Source: a virus
Length of the DNA stretch: 64,000 nucleotides
IMG/VR virus record: IMGVR_UViG_3300035193_000030
Coordinates: 8,077-72,076 of that record
Direction: 5' to 3' (one strand)
Below are positions 30,215-40,857 of this stretch, piece after piece. Position numbers and translations under genes: made by a program. Numbering within the stretch: the first letter of the stretch is position 1; each line of letters opens with the position of its first letter. A model generated the notes under the pieces. That model did no database searches and was not told where the DNA came from. It saw nothing but the letters and a program-made list of their open reading frames with translations.

Positions 30215-33200
30215 ATGGCATATGAACAGAAATATTATTTCGGATTTGATGATAGAGGGGGGAATACACATCAATTATATATCTACCAAGATGGGTATAG
30301 TGGTTCTGTGATAGATATAGATTACGGTGCGGAAGAACCTATAGAAATAAATTCATTAGGTGGGGATAAAGATAATTGGGAAGAAACTGCAATTTTACCT
30401 CAAGAATTAATATTTAGATTTTATGTTTCACAAGATGATTTGCCAGATTTTGAAGATATTTTTGATGCACAATTTCGTGAATACAAAGTTATTTATTACC
30501 TTTCTGGGAATGATGTACCTATTTATGAAGGATTTTTAAAACCTGAAAATCTCACCAAAATATACGATACAAACCCTCCATTTGTTGAAATACAAATGCC
30601 ATTTACGGACGGGTTATCTGATTTAAAGGGAATTGATTTTACAGATGATGATGATAGAATAATTGTAGGACAAACAACATTGTTACAAATATTAAAATAT
30701 GCGTTGACAAAAACGGGGATAATAGGAGGGGCATTTTATGTTTCAATTCCATTTTATCCGGTTGGTGGTACATTATACCGTGTATTGGAACAAGTAACAA
30801 TTGATGCAAGAAGATTTATACAGGATAATGGGGTTCCTATGAAATGTTGGGATGTTATAGAGGCTGTATTACTTCCGTTAAGTGCTAAATTATATCATAA
30901 AGATGATGCTTATTATATAATAAGATATACTCGTTTTGATTCGCAATCAATATATGCTTATTTATGGACAACATTAGCACTGTACAGTACTACAGGTATT
31001 GATTTTACAAAGGAACCTGCCTTGTTTGAAGCAGGAATTGAACATCAAAGGGTACAACCTTTGAAAGAGGTACAAACGATATTCAGAAATAAGGATTTTG
31101 GAGGGGACGTAACAGGCATTACTATAATGAATACTGTTAATTGGGATGACACATGGGATGAATTTAATCAGAATGGGACTGCTTTTGAGTTAATAGATTA
31201 CGATGCATGGAGTACTAACACAGATTATATCCAATTAACAAGCGATTTCTCAGTTACAAAAACAACCGATAGTGATTATTTAAAAATAAATTTTGAACAT
31301 AGGGGTAGATTAGTTAGGGATAGCGCAACCCCTACTCCTAATTATAATATTCCATTTCAGGTATTTGTTTATATAAGAAAAGATGCAGGGGCATGGCAAT
31401 ATGTAAGTATGGGGGTTGGGGATAATCGTAGTATGTACTATCAGTCTCCTATAATTGATCTACTAAAGATAACAGAAGATGCAGATTATAATGTAAGAAT
31501 ACAATTTAGGCCATATGGGACTGCATGGACATATGCTATATTCGATGTAAAGAATATAACTATTAACAAGATAATAAATACTACAAATCCTGATGAATCT
31601 CAGGTTGCTGTTCTCGATAAAGGATATAGACAATTTAATTTGAATGGGGATGGATATATGGTTCTGGAGAGTGAAATTTTAATTGGTGACGGGAATTCAA
31701 TAACTGAAATAGGGGCATTATTAATTTCTGGTGGGGTGACTTCTAATTGGTATATTATTGCTCCTGCTGGGCCTACCGGAAAAAATGGTAAATTTTTGGA
31801 TTTATATATGCAGTCTATTCTTGATAATAGAATATCATTCAAAAATTATTTAAGATTAGGTATAATTGATAAAACGTTTGACCATTCAATTATAGATGTA
31901 ATAAAGATTGGGACTAGATATTATAATATCCTTTCATTTAAACGACTAACTAAACAATGTATTGTTAGATTAGAATTGATTGAAAGAGACCCTGAATTTA
32001 ATAGGGAGTACCCCCCAGCAATTGAGTTTGTACTTGATACAATGAATGGGAAGTCTATAAATAATTATATAGTAAACCCCAATCCAATTTCTGATAAATA
32101 TCTATATAATACAGGAGATACAGGAAATGGCAATTATAATTTTAGTAGCGGATTGCTTTACATAGATGATACAAATTCTCGTGTAGGAATAGGAACAGCT
32201 TCGCCTGGTGCATATAAATTAGATGTTAATGGTACGGTTAGAATGAATAATACGGTAACATTAACAGGAATAGGGGTAGGTACAGATAACACAGTATTAG
32301 TATTAAATTCCAGTAGCCAAATTGTTACAGATGAGATTGATAGCAGAGTTTGGGGGTCTAGTTTAGTAGATTATACAGGGAGTACAGCTAATAGACTTGC
32401 TAAATTTTCAGATACAAATACAATAACAAATTCTGTTATTTATGAGAATAGTGGGAATATTGGGGTGGGGGATTCTCCTTCTGTATTGTTTCACATACAA
32501 GGATCAACTCCTATATTGTACTTAACAGATACGGATACAGGGGCAGATTGTTCAATTTCTGCAAGCTCAACAACAGGATCATTAACCATACAAGCTGATG
32601 TAAATAATGAGGTAGGGGATTCCTCATTAAATTTTGGGGTAGATAATACAGTATATCTTTCTATAACTTCAACAGGGTATTTTTATTTTCCACAAGGAAT
32701 TCTCACTAGCACAGATAATACAGTGTTAATATTAAATTCTAGTGGGTTCTTAGCTACAGATGAAATAGATAGCAGGGTGTGGGGTTCTAGTTTGGTAGAT
32801 GCTTCTGGAAGTTCTACAAATTATGTACCTAAATTCAGTGATGCAAATACAATAACCAATTCACCAATACAAGTAAGTGTTGTAGATTATGTTGGGATAG
32901 GTGGAGCTCCTTCAAACAAATTAGATGTATTTGGAACATTTGGGTGCAACAATACGGTAACATTTAGTGGTACCCCAGCTAGTACAGATAACACGGTATT
33001 ATTGCTAAATTCAATAAATCAAGTTATTCAGGATGAAATAGACCCTAGAGTTTGGGGGAGTACACTGGTGGATGCTTCTTCTGGAACAGGAAACTATATA
33101 CCTAAATTCAGTGATGCAAATACAATTGTAAATTCCACAATGCAAGATGATGGTAGTAGGGTATATGTAGGTTTAAAAATGGGAGTGGGTGATCCTACAC

Positions 33201-34108
33201 CAGATAGTAGATTAAATGTATACCATAATACTACGGCTGAATATGCTTGTACTATTGATCAAGACCATGCTACGGGATATGGTTTACGAATAAATGTAGA
33301 TGGTACTACAGCAATTCCAGCATTAATTGTATATGATAGTAGTTCAAATTCATTATTACGACTTAATCAGGATGGTAAATTAGGAATAGGAACAGCATAT
33401 CCAGATCCCTCTGCAAAACTTCATGTAATTGATAATACAACTGCTGTATATGCCTGTACTATTGATCAAGACCATGCTACGGGATATGGTTTACTTATTA
33501 ATATAGATGGAACTACGGCAATACCTGCATTGAAAATACAAGATGCAACACCTACTACTTTGTTTATAGTAGAACAAGGGGGAAATGTGGGGATAGGTGT
33601 TTTACCTTCATATAAATTAGATGTGGAAGGGGGGATTCGATGTACAAGTGAGGTAATAGATGGAGGAAGTTTATTTATAGATCATAATGGGGATTCCCCT
33701 TTAATGGTACATTTAACATCTGATTCCTCTTATTTTGATTCTAATATATATACTTATCTAGTATCATATAGTACTAGTACAGCAGCTCCTACAAATATAT
33801 TTACTTTTGCTGTTACTAATTATAGAGTATATCAATGTAAAGCTCGTATAATTGCAGGGGATTCTAGTGCCGGAGGGACTTATGCTAGTTATGAAATTGT
33901 ATATACTTTTACAAATAGTACAGGGGAAGGAATTATACAAAGAGGGGCAACTGCATTAGCAACACATGAATCTTCTGCTAGTTTTAATGCTATATTTACA
34001 TCATCTGGTAGTAATATTTATCTACAAGTGACAGGTAGTGGATCATATACAATGTATTGGAATGCATTGGTAGAGATTATTGAAGGAGTATATACAGCCT
34101 CAGTATAA
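30215..34108 (+). CDS. Large tail tip/baseplate protein fused to a repetitive fibre
   Basis: Follows TMP; repeated VGIGT..P..KLDV and KFSDANTITNS fibre motifs. Confidence 0.8.
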   Translation: MAYEQKYYFGFDDRGGNTHQLYIYQDGYSGSVIDIDYGAEEPIEINSLGGDKDNWEETAILPQELIFRFYVSQDDLPDFEDIFDAQFREYKVIYYLSGNDVPIYEGFLKPENLTKIYDTNPPFVEIQMPFTDGLSDLKGIDFTDDDDRIIVGQTTLLQILKYALTKTGIIGGAFYVSIPFYPVGGTLYRVLEQVTIDARRFIQDNGVPMKCWDVIEAVLLPLSAKLYHKDDAYYIIRYTRFDSQSIYAYLWTTLALYSTTGIDFTKEPALFEAGIEHQRVQPLKEVQTIFRNKDFGGDVTGITIMNTVNWDDTWDEFNQNGTAFELIDYDAWSTNTDYIQLTSDFSVTKTTDSDYLKINFEHRGRLVRDSATPTPNYNIPFQVFVYIRKDAGAWQYVSMGVGDNRSMYYQSPIIDLLKITEDADYNVRIQFRPYGTAWTYAIFDVKNITINKIINTTNPDESQVAVLDKGYRQFNLNGDGYMVLESEILIGDGNSITEIGALLISGGVTSNWYIIAPAGPTGKNGKFLDLYMQSILDNRISFKNYLRLGIIDKTFDHSIIDVIKIGTRYYNILSFKRLTKQCIVRLELIERDPEFNREYPPAIEFVLDTMNGKSINNYIVNPNPISDKYLYNTGDTGNGNYNFSSGLLYIDDTNSRVGIGTASPGAYKLDVNGTVRMNNTVTLTGIGVGTDNTVLVLNSSSQIVTDEIDSRVWGSSLVDYTGSTANRLAKFSDTNTITNSVIYENSGNIGVGDSPSVLFHIQGSTPILYLTDTDTGADCSISASSTTGSLTIQADVNNEVGDSSLNFGVDNTVYLSITSTGYFYFPQGILTSTDNTVLILNSSGFLATDEIDSRVWGSSLVDASGSSTNYVPKFSDANTITNSPIQVSVVDYVGIGGAPSNKLDVFGTFGCNNTVTFSGTPASTDNTVLLLNSINQVIQDEIDPRVWGSTLVDASSGTGNYIPKFSDANTIVNSTMQDDGSRVYVGLKMGVGDPTPDSRLNVYHNTTAEYACTIDQDHATGYGLRINVDGTTAIPALIVYDSSSNSLLRLNQDGKLGIGTAYPDPSAKLHVIDNTTAVYACTIDQDHATGYGLLINIDGTTAIPALKIQDATPTTLFIVEQGGNVGIGVLPSYKLDVEGGIRCTSEVIDGGSLFIDHNGDSPLMVHLTSDSSYFDSNIYTYLVSYSTSTAAPTNIFTFAVTNYRVYQCKARIIAGDSSAGGTYASYEIVYTFTNSTGEGIIQRGATALATHESSASFNAIFTSSGSNIYLQVTGSGSYTMYWNALVEIIEGVYTASV

Positions 34109-34138
34109 TTTATTATTAATCAAATAAAATTCAAAATT

Positions 34139-34426
34139 ATGAAATTAAAATTAGACACAGTACTATTTCTAGCAGATGATAGTACACACATTAAGAATGA
34201 ACAAGGAAAGCCATTAACATTAAAAGATGTTTGTATTTCCAGTATATTAATGCCTACGCAAGAAGATGACGAAAAGAAAAAATTCGAAAAATGGGAAGTA
34301 TTTAAAAAACTTAGAAACGAAGATGACTTATCTATAGAGGATGTAGCATTAATAAAAAAATGTATAGGCAAATTTCAACCACAATTAATTATGGGACAGT
34401 GTTTTGAATTGTTAGAGAATTCGTAA
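34139..34426 (+). CDS. Hypothetical protein (possible fibre chaperone)
   Basis: Last late gene; DLSIEDVALIKKCIGK. Confidence 0.6.
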   Translation: MKLKLDTVLFLADDSTHIKNEQGKPLTLKDVCISSILMPTQEDDEKKKFEKWEVFKKLRNEDDLSIEDVALIKKCIGKFQPQLIMGQCFELLENS

Positions 34427-34434
34427 GAAAGGAC

Positions 34435-35370
34435 TTATATATTTTTGGGATTAATAGGGGGTGTTTCATTTAGGCCCTCTATTTTTTTTATCTGTGAATA
34501 ATTAATCAATATTTCCTTCTTAAATTGACTATATGCAAAAACAATATTCAATGATGTACATGCTCGTATTCTTCCAGTTACAGAATTAGGAACATTCCCT
34601 TTTGCTGTTTTTACACTATATTCTATTCTTATTAATTCCCCTATTCTTCTATGTACTGTTTGTTTATTATATAAAACATCATTACCTTTTCCCATAGTTC
34701 TAAATTTTATAAAATTAAATACTTCATTTTTCAATATTTGTCCATCTTTATTAATGTCAATAAATGGGTTTACATTGGCTGTTTTTTTACCCCCTATTTT
34801 ACAAAAGTCTTCTTTGTTTAGTGCGGCAGGATAGAATATTGCAAGGTATAACTGCTCTTTTGATTTATATGTATTTCTTGGTTCAGGGGTATATATATTA
34901 TTATATTTTATTTTAGAATTTAATTTCTTATTTTTAAAAAACCTTAGATAAGCATATACTTTATTTAATTGTTCGTATTTTGTCATTTTACTAAGTTCAT
35001 ATGTAGATGTTCCTAACCAACGTGCTGTAAGAGGAATAAATTGGATAAGCCCAATTGCATTAGAATATGGATTAGGTAAATGATGATCATGCCTACATTC
35101 TATGAAGAAAATATCATATAACCATTGTTCGGGAATAAATAACTTATCTGCTATTTCCTTTACTTTTAATTGTGTTCTTTCGTCATACCCCCATTCTAAA
35201 CGTTGCTGTATCAGTAATACTGAATTTTTCCATTCTTTTATTTCTGTGTCTGTTTCTATAATTGATTGTAATTTTGTATCAATTATAGGTAAATCTTTCC
35301 TTAAATCTGATGTTGTCAATTTTCCTAATATAAGGAAAGATACAATAATACTAATCTTTAATGTTTTCAT
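34435..35370 (-). CDS. Lytic transglycosylase-like protein with N-terminal signal anchor
   Basis: Catalytic-type E, AIGLIQF..TA, EQL..V..Y, LYLAIFYP, DINKDG. Confidence 0.75.
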   Translation of the reverse strand: MKTLKISIIVSFLILGKLTTSDLRKDLPIIDTKLQSIIETDTEIKEWKNSVLLIQQRLEWGYDERTQLKVKEIADKLFIPEQWLYDIFFIECRHDHHLPNPYSNAIGLIQFIPLTARWLGTSTYELSKMTKYEQLNKVYAYLRFFKNKKLNSKIKYNNIYTPEPRNTYKSKEQLYLAIFYPAALNKEDFCKIGGKKTANVNPFIDINKDGQILKNEVFNFIKFRTMGKGNDVLYNKQTVHRRIGELIRIEYSVKTAKGNVPNSVTGRIRACTSLNIVFAYSQFKKEILINYSQIKKIEGLNETPPINPKNI

Positions 35371-35374
35371 AGCA

Positions 35375-36007
35375 TTACGTTTTTAATTTATGCGATTGAT
35401 CAGTTAATATCCTTGTTACTCCTTTTCTTATTTTTGTCTTAAATATCTTATCAGCATATTCAGTCAGTCTTTCTTCATGCGTAATAATGATAAATTGTAT
35501 TTTTAATTTTTCACTAAGTTTCTTGATCATTTCTGATGCCTTTTCTTGCAGATCTTCACTTACAAATCTCATTGGTTCATCAAGTATAATAATATTTCTT
35601 GTACGAGGAATCTGCATATACCATGATGCAATACGAAGTGCAAAAGAAGCTATATCTATAACCCCCCCTCCGCTACCTTCTAATGGGTCTAAAGTTTTCC
35701 CATCTTTTCTTACAAAAAATAAGTCACATTCTGTTTTGTTTCTTCTTTCTACAAATTCAACTTTCAATTCGTAAGGATTATCAAAAACGGCTTCCAATGC
35801 TAATGTGGTTATATTTCCTATTTGAAATTGTAATTGTTGTTGCGTTTTTAGTCCTACTTCTTTTATTATTTCTAATGCCTGTTCATGTTTATGGAAACTT
35901 ATGCGTTTTTCACGTATTTCCTTACGCAGAGTTTCAATATCCTTCTTAAGTTGTATTTGTTGTCCTTTCCGTTGTTCTAATATGTTTCTTAGTTGATATA
36001 ATTTCAT
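35375..36007 (-). CDS. SbcC/Rad50 C-terminal half
   Basis: Coiled coil, SGG signature, ILDEP Walker B, ITH; no Walker A. Confidence 0.85.
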   Translation of the reverse strand: MKLYQLRNILEQRKGQQIQLKKDIETLRKEIREKRISFHKHEQALEIIKEVGLKTQQQLQFQIGNITTLALEAVFDNPYELKVEFVERRNKTECDLFFVRKDGKTLDPLEGSGGGVIDIASFALRIASWYMQIPRTRNIIILDEPMRFVSEDLQEKASEMIKKLSEKLKIQFIIITHEERLTEYADKIFKTKIRKGVTRILTDQSHKLKT

Positions 36008-36462
36008 TTCAAATCTTTTAATATTTTCCTTATCCTAAATAATCTCGCTTTAACAGTTCCTATTGGGCTTCGTGTCATTTCTGCAATTTCCTTATACTTG
36101 AACCCTTTCATAAAAAGTAATATTGTTTTTTTATGAAGGTAATCTAATCTTTTTAATTCTGTAATAAAATCTTTTTCTAAAAATGAATACAATGCTTTAT
36201 TTAAAGCAGGTTTTTTTTCCGGTAATGTTACACTTTGCCTAACTATCTTTTTTCGGTAATTATTAATATATAGGTTTTTTAATATTATGTATAACCATGA
36301 TTTTAAATTTGAATTAGAATCTCCTTGGAACATATGTTTTTTTCTTAAAGCTCTTATTATAGTATCTTGTACTAAATCATTTGCTTTTTGTTTATCTTTA
36401 GTAAAAGACATAGCATAACCAAATAGGTTATTGTAATATTTTAACACATCTTTTTCTATCAT
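36004..36462 (-). CDS. ECF-type RNA polymerase sigma factor
   Basis: ANDLVQDT, LKSWLYII..N..IN.YR, GFKYKEIAE....IGTVKARLFR. Confidence 0.9.
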   Translation of the reverse strand: MIEKDVLKYYNNLFGYAMSFTKDKQKANDLVQDTIIRALRKKHMFQGDSNSNLKSWLYIILKNLYINNYRKKIVRQSVTLPEKKPALNKALYSFLEKDFITELKRLDYLHKKTILLFMKGFKYKEIAEMTRSPIGTVKARLFRIRKILKDLK

Positions 36463-36699
36463 TTATTCTAAATTATATTTTCCTTTTAACCCGTTAATTG
36501 CTTCTTGTATTTTGAAAATATATTTTTCTTTCCTCTTTGATAAATTTTGTAATTTGTTTATTGCCTGTTCTAATGAATCACAATCAAACTCTTTTTTTAA
36601 TTGCTTCATCAATGCAGTTTGTTCCCCTGTCAACTCTGATACTTTTATTTTTGCTTGTTCAGTATCTTTTTTTAATTGTAATAATTGTTGTTCTGTCAT
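36463..36699 (-). CDS. Small coiled-coil protein
   Basis: Heptad pattern; adjacent to SbcD. Confidence 0.7.
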   Translation of the reverse strand: MTEQQLLQLKKDTEQAKIKVSELTGEQTALMKQLKKEFDCDSLEQAINKLQNLSKRKEKYIFKIQEAINGLKGKYNLE

Positions 36700-37556
36700 A
36701 ATTCAATTGCTTTATAAATTATATTCATTACTGAATTTCTTATATTATTTATGTTTTCAAACTCTTTCAAGTTTTCTTCAAAACTCAAAGTTGTAATATA
36801 ATCATTATCAAGACTTGATACAAAATTTTCAATTCTACTATCCTTTTTCTTTTCAATTTCCAAATGTTCTCTACTAATTACATTCTTTTCTATTGGGATA
36901 TAAATCTGTTCAATCATATTATTACTTGCATCCCAAAGAAAAACACAAGGTTTATGTTCCATTTGGAGGGCTTTCTGGCGTGTCAATGAACCGGGATTTA
37001 CTAATATTCTTCCTTTATATTCTTCTATAAATGTCTCATGGTTATCGCCTGTGACAATTAAATCGAATTGAGAGTATTTTTTTAACAATCGTCTTGCGGT
37101 AAGACTTGTGCATCCTGGATAAGGCAATACATTCTTATAAGTCATTGTATGCCATAATAAAATATTATCATCTTCATTTTCAAATGGAATCATATTCCAA
37201 CTTAAGAATTGAATTCCCAGAGGCGGTATTCTATTTAATACCCCTGCTTTTTCTAATGTATAAATTCCACTTTTATCCCTTAATTCAAAATTATGTTGAG
37301 GTAAATCGTGGTTTCCATATACTGTATAGAATTTATTCGGTAGAAAATTGATTGTCTTTGATAATAATGAAGGACTAGGCTTCCAATGGTCAAATAGATC
37401 CCCTGCATGTAAAACAGGGCAATCATACCGTTTCTGTAATTTTTTGATATAATTTACTTTTGCCCATTGATTTGCTTCAAAGTCATCTATTCTACAAATA
37501 GGTGAATCTTCTCGTAAATGCCAATCGGCTGTTAATATAACTGATATTGTTCCCAT
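36696..37556 (-). CDS. sbcD: SbcD/Mre11 metallophosphoesterase nuclease
   Basis: ADWH, AGDLFD, GNHD, GDNH, NPGSL. Confidence 0.9.
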   Translation of the reverse strand: MGTISVILTADWHLREDSPICRIDDFEANQWAKVNYIKKLQKRYDCPVLHAGDLFDHWKPSPSLLSKTINFLPNKFYTVYGNHDLPQHNFELRDKSGIYTLEKAGVLNRIPPLGIQFLSWNMIPFENEDDNILLWHTMTYKNVLPYPGCTSLTARRLLKKYSQFDLIVTGDNHETFIEEYKGRILVNPGSLTRQKALQMEHKPCVFLWDASNNMIEQIYIPIEKNVISREHLEIEKKKDSRIENFVSSLDNDYITTLSFEENLKEFENINNIRNSVMNIIYKAIEL

Positions 37557-37557
37557 A

Positions 37558-38610
37558 TCATTTTTTTAAGTTTGTATTACAAAGGGGGCATATATCGGGC
37601 ATTTCTGCATCAAATTTTTCTTTTAATTTATTATACCTCACAATATGAAATTCAAGTTCTGATATATTTTGTTCAATTAAACCTATTTTTTCTTTCAACG
37701 TATTAATTTCCTTTTCTATTTGTTTTTTTTCTTCAATTAATTGTAATATCTTATTTACTTCCTTTTCTGCATTTAATAGGTGTTCATAATTTTCAATTTC
37801 TTTCTTATTTTGTTCTATTGGTGTAATATAAAGTCCTATAGTATCTATAATTGAATCTAATTCATTTCTTTTTCCAATCAATAATAATATATAATCTATT
37901 TCATCAGACATCTTTGTTTTTTCTTGGTATTGTAAAAGCTTTTCATTAATTTTCTCAATTTGATTTGTAATTCCCATTAATTTAACTAATGCAATTTCAA
38001 TCTTGTTTTTTTCATTTTCCATCCCTTCTAAAACGTCCACATCAACTTCAAATTTTTCAAGATAATCATATTCTTTTAATTGCTCTTGTTTTATTTCCAA
38101 TTGTTCTTTTTTGTATCTCAATTCTCTATTAATGTCATTTCCCCAACTTTTCACATTTTTTATAGCTTTCCCTATATTATCAATCCTTGCTATTTTATTA
38201 AAATGAGAGGCGACCTCTCCCGGTGTATTGGAAATTAGAAAAGGTTTATCAAATTGTTGTTGTAAATTTATTTCATTCATATTCAGAAAATCATTAATCT
38301 CTTTCGGAACTTCTGTTTTTGTTGCTTCAAACAACATTTTCGTACCAATGTCCAATTCATACCCATTAAATTCCTTTCCTCTTTTTCTTGATACTTTCCC
38401 ATTATTAAAATTAATAGTTACATTGGAATCACCTCCCCAATCCGATCTAAAAGATACATGCAACCGATTATATAATAAAGAACGCAAAGATCGAATGATA
38501 GCGGATTTACCGCTATCAGACGTACCTTGTATAATATTTACCCCTTCAGTTAATTCTAACTTAGAGTATTTATGGCTTTGGAAATTTTTTATTTCAATGC
38601 TTTCTATCAT
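37558..38610 (-). CDS. SbcC/Rad50 N-terminal half ending in a zinc-hook CxxC
   Basis: IKNFQSH, GTSDSGKS Walker A, Q-loop, coiled coil, terminal CPLC. Confidence 0.85.
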   Translation of the reverse strand: MIESIEIKNFQSHKYSKLELTEGVNIIQGTSDSGKSAIIRSLRSLLYNRLHVSFRSDWGGDSNVTINFNNGKVSRKRGKEFNGYELDIGTKMLFEATKTEVPKEINDFLNMNEINLQQQFDKPFLISNTPGEVASHFNKIARIDNIGKAIKNVKSWGNDINRELRYKKEQLEIKQEQLKEYDYLEKFEVDVDVLEGMENEKNKIEIALVKLMGITNQIEKINEKLLQYQEKTKMSDEIDYILLLIGKRNELDSIIDTIGLYITPIEQNKKEIENYEHLLNAEKEVNKILQLIEEKKQIEKEINTLKEKIGLIEQNISELEFHIVRYNKLKEKFDAEMPDICPLCNTNLKK

Positions 38611-38613
38611 CTT

Positions 38614-39075
38614 TTATCTTAACAATTTATATCTTCTATTATATATTCTTTGCTTTGTCGTGAAATCATAACCAATTCCAAACATAAAATCCCAATTCAA
38701 TAAATCCGTTGAAAAAATAAACCATGTTCTTTTAACAATTCTCAATGATGCAATAATATCCATATCTAATTTATACAATTTTAAATTTTCAATTTGATCT
38801 TCATTCCCCCAACGGTGATTATACGCCATACCTAATGAAACATACCCCCTTTGCTTTTCTTGAACTATTCTTCTTCCTATCCCAATTTTAAACTTATAAA
38901 ATGAATCATCTTGGACATATCTTTTTCCCATTGATGAATAAGCACACCATCCGGTGTAAGGACTTGAATACAATCCACATATCTGCTTAAAGTAGATATC
39001 ACTTCCCAAATAAGCTTGACTTTTTCCAATTGCACATAGTAGTGCAAAAATTAATACTACTATTAATTTTTTCAT
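38614..39075 (-). CDS. Signal-peptide protein, possible small outer-membrane beta-barrel
   Basis: MKKLIVVLIFALLCAIGKS-Q; FMFGIGYDF strand. Confidence 0.55.
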   Translation of the reverse strand: MKKLIVVLIFALLCAIGKSQAYLGSDIYFKQICGLYSSPYTGWCAYSSMGKRYVQDDSFYKFKIGIGRRIVQEKQRGYVSLGMAYNHRWGNEDQIENLKLYKLDMDIIASLRIVKRTWFIFSTDLLNWDFMFGIGYDFTTKQRIYNRRYKLLR

Positions 39076-39602
39076 TTTTTTAAAAATTTTAATGTTGGTG
39101 ATTGTTTACTGGCAATAAAATGAATAGCTAAAGCATCGGCAATAGCCTCATTGTGATACTTGAATTTACTCCATTGTATCTTATATAATGTGTCTATTCT
39201 TTCAATCATTTCTTGTTTTGTGGCTGAACGTTTTCCTAAAACAAGTTTTTTAGAATCACCTTCACTATACCATTCTATCCCTATACCTAATGTATCTGAG
39301 ATTGTTTGTATTATTCCCGTTACAACTCCAATCATCACAGCAGCATCAGCATTTTGACTTCCATGGGGGAGTTCTGCTAGTATATACCTAACATCATATC
39401 TTTTTATTACTTCTAATAATTCTTTATTAATTTCACTTATTCTTCTAACTGTACTATCCCCTTTTCTAATCCTATTTTTTTTAAGATCAGGTTTTGTCTG
39501 AATACAATTATGAATAATAATTCTTCCTCTATTCGAAAGAACTACATATCCCCATTCCGTCATACTTGGATCGTTTGTTAATATATTAAATGTATCTATC
39601 AT
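39072..39602 (-). CDS. ruvC: RuvC-like Holliday junction resolvase
   Basis: NDPS...WG, AE, G...ATKQEM, ADALAI. Confidence 0.8.
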   Translation of the reverse strand: MIDTFNILTNDPSMTEWGYVVLSNRGRIIIHNCIQTKPDLKKNRIRKGDSTVRRISEINKELLEVIKRYDVRYILAELPHGSQNADAAVMIGVVTGIIQTISDTLGIGIEWYSEGDSKKLVLGKRSATKQEMIERIDTLYKIQWSKFKYHNEAIADALAIHFIASKQSPTLKFLKK

Positions 39603-39771
39603 TCTTAATTTCTATATTTCTTACCTCGTCCAAATTAATCATATGTATTATTTCATTTTTATTATTGTAAAGTTGAAGTATCCGTATTTTATTTATTATC
39701 ACCCAATTATCAAAAATATAATCATCATATCTAAATGAAGGTTCCTTTTTATAATAAACTCTGAACACCAT
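39586..39771 (-). CDS. Hypothetical protein
   Basis: Operon-coupled small ORF. Confidence 0.5.
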   Translation of the reverse strand: MVFRVYYKKEPSFRYDDYIFDNWVIINKIRILQLYNNKNEIIHMINLDEVRNIEIKNDRYI

Positions 39772-39792
39772 TTTCTTTTATTTTTAAATATT

Positions 39793-40857
39793 TTATATTT
39801 TACTTTTTCTCAGTGATCTAAATTTATTTTCAATTTCTTCCCACAAATCAATGACCTGTTCTTTTAATTTATATTCTAAATTATCTGCCTCAACCATACT
39901 GATAGCTTCATCCATTGAATTAGACAATTTTTGGTTTCCTACACAATATACAGTATTATAGGTATGTGTTTTAATAAATTGTAAATTTGTACGAACATCA
40001 TCTATACCATAATCAAATAATATTGTAAGGTCAGCTGTACGATAAGGTTTCCAAATACTGTTTTTAAAAACCTCGATTTGTGTGTTTACTCCAATTGTAC
40101 GGGTTACGTCTTTCCTTGCAATCTTACGCTTTTCTTTTATTTTTTCCGGTTTTGATGTACGCAATCGTAAAGAAGAATAAAAACCAATTGATTCCCCCCC
40201 TGGGGAAATATATTTCTGACCATAAAGTCCAGCATCCATATTTACACGAATTTGGTTACTACAAACTATCAAATAGTTTTTTTGTGACAAGATACGACAA
40301 GTCTTACGTAATTCTTCACTAAATTCCTTCGCCCTTTTCATTCCCATCTTGTCTCCTTCATTTTTTTCCATTTCCATATCTGTACTTAAGGCAGCTAATG
40401 AATCTGCAAAAACACCATGTATTATATTTTTCTTATTGTTTTCAGGAATCCATTCTCGAACCTCCTTAAATACTTCCGTAACTGTATTTGGAATAGCATA
40501 ATTCTTTTCTTTTATTTCTAATCCAAACATTTTTGCAAACTGCTTATTCAGACGTGCTTCTGGATCTTTAAACATGACCTCACCACCTTGTCTTTGCACA
40601 TTTCCAGCAATTTCGCTCAGCAATACTGTTTTGCCACTACTGGCAGGCCCAAAAATCTCTACTAATACACCACCAGGCAATCCCCCTCCTCGTATCCTTC
40701 CTCCTGATATTGCTAAATCTAATAATGTTGACCCTGTACTTATAATAGTTCCAAAATTGCCATCATATTCTTTTACTTCTTTCATTTCTTTTTTTGAAAG
40801 CTTCTCTTTCATTTGATCTGACAATTTTTTTGGTTTATTCCCTCGTATCACTTCCAT
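39793..40857 (-). CDS. recA: RecA-family recombinase
   Basis: STGS..LDLA, EIFGPASSGKT, DSLAAL, NQIR, SPGG...FYSSLRL. Confidence 0.93.
   Translation of the reverse strand: MEVIRGNKPKKLSDQMKEKLSKKEMKEVKEYDGNFGTIISTGSTLLDLAISGGRIRGGGLPGGVLVEIFGPASSGKTVLLSEIAGNVQRQGGEVMFKDPEARLNKQFAKMFGLEIKEKNYAIPNTVTEVFKEVREWIPENNKKNIIHGVFADSLAALSTDMEMEKNEGDKMGMKRAKEFSEELRKTCRILSQKNYLIVCSNQIRVNMDAGLYGQKYISPGGESIGFYSSLRLRTSKPEKIKEKRKIARKDVTRTIGVNTQIEVFKNSIWKPYRTADLTILFDYGIDDVRTNLQFIKTHTYNTVYCVGNQKLSNSMDEAISMVEADNLEYKLKEQVIDLWEEIENKFRSLRKSKI

Noticed and set aside
33223-33530. Diversity-generating retroelement TR/VR pair in the tail fibre
   Set aside because: Both copies are in frame within one gene, differences are not adenine-specific, and no reverse transcriptase is present in the window
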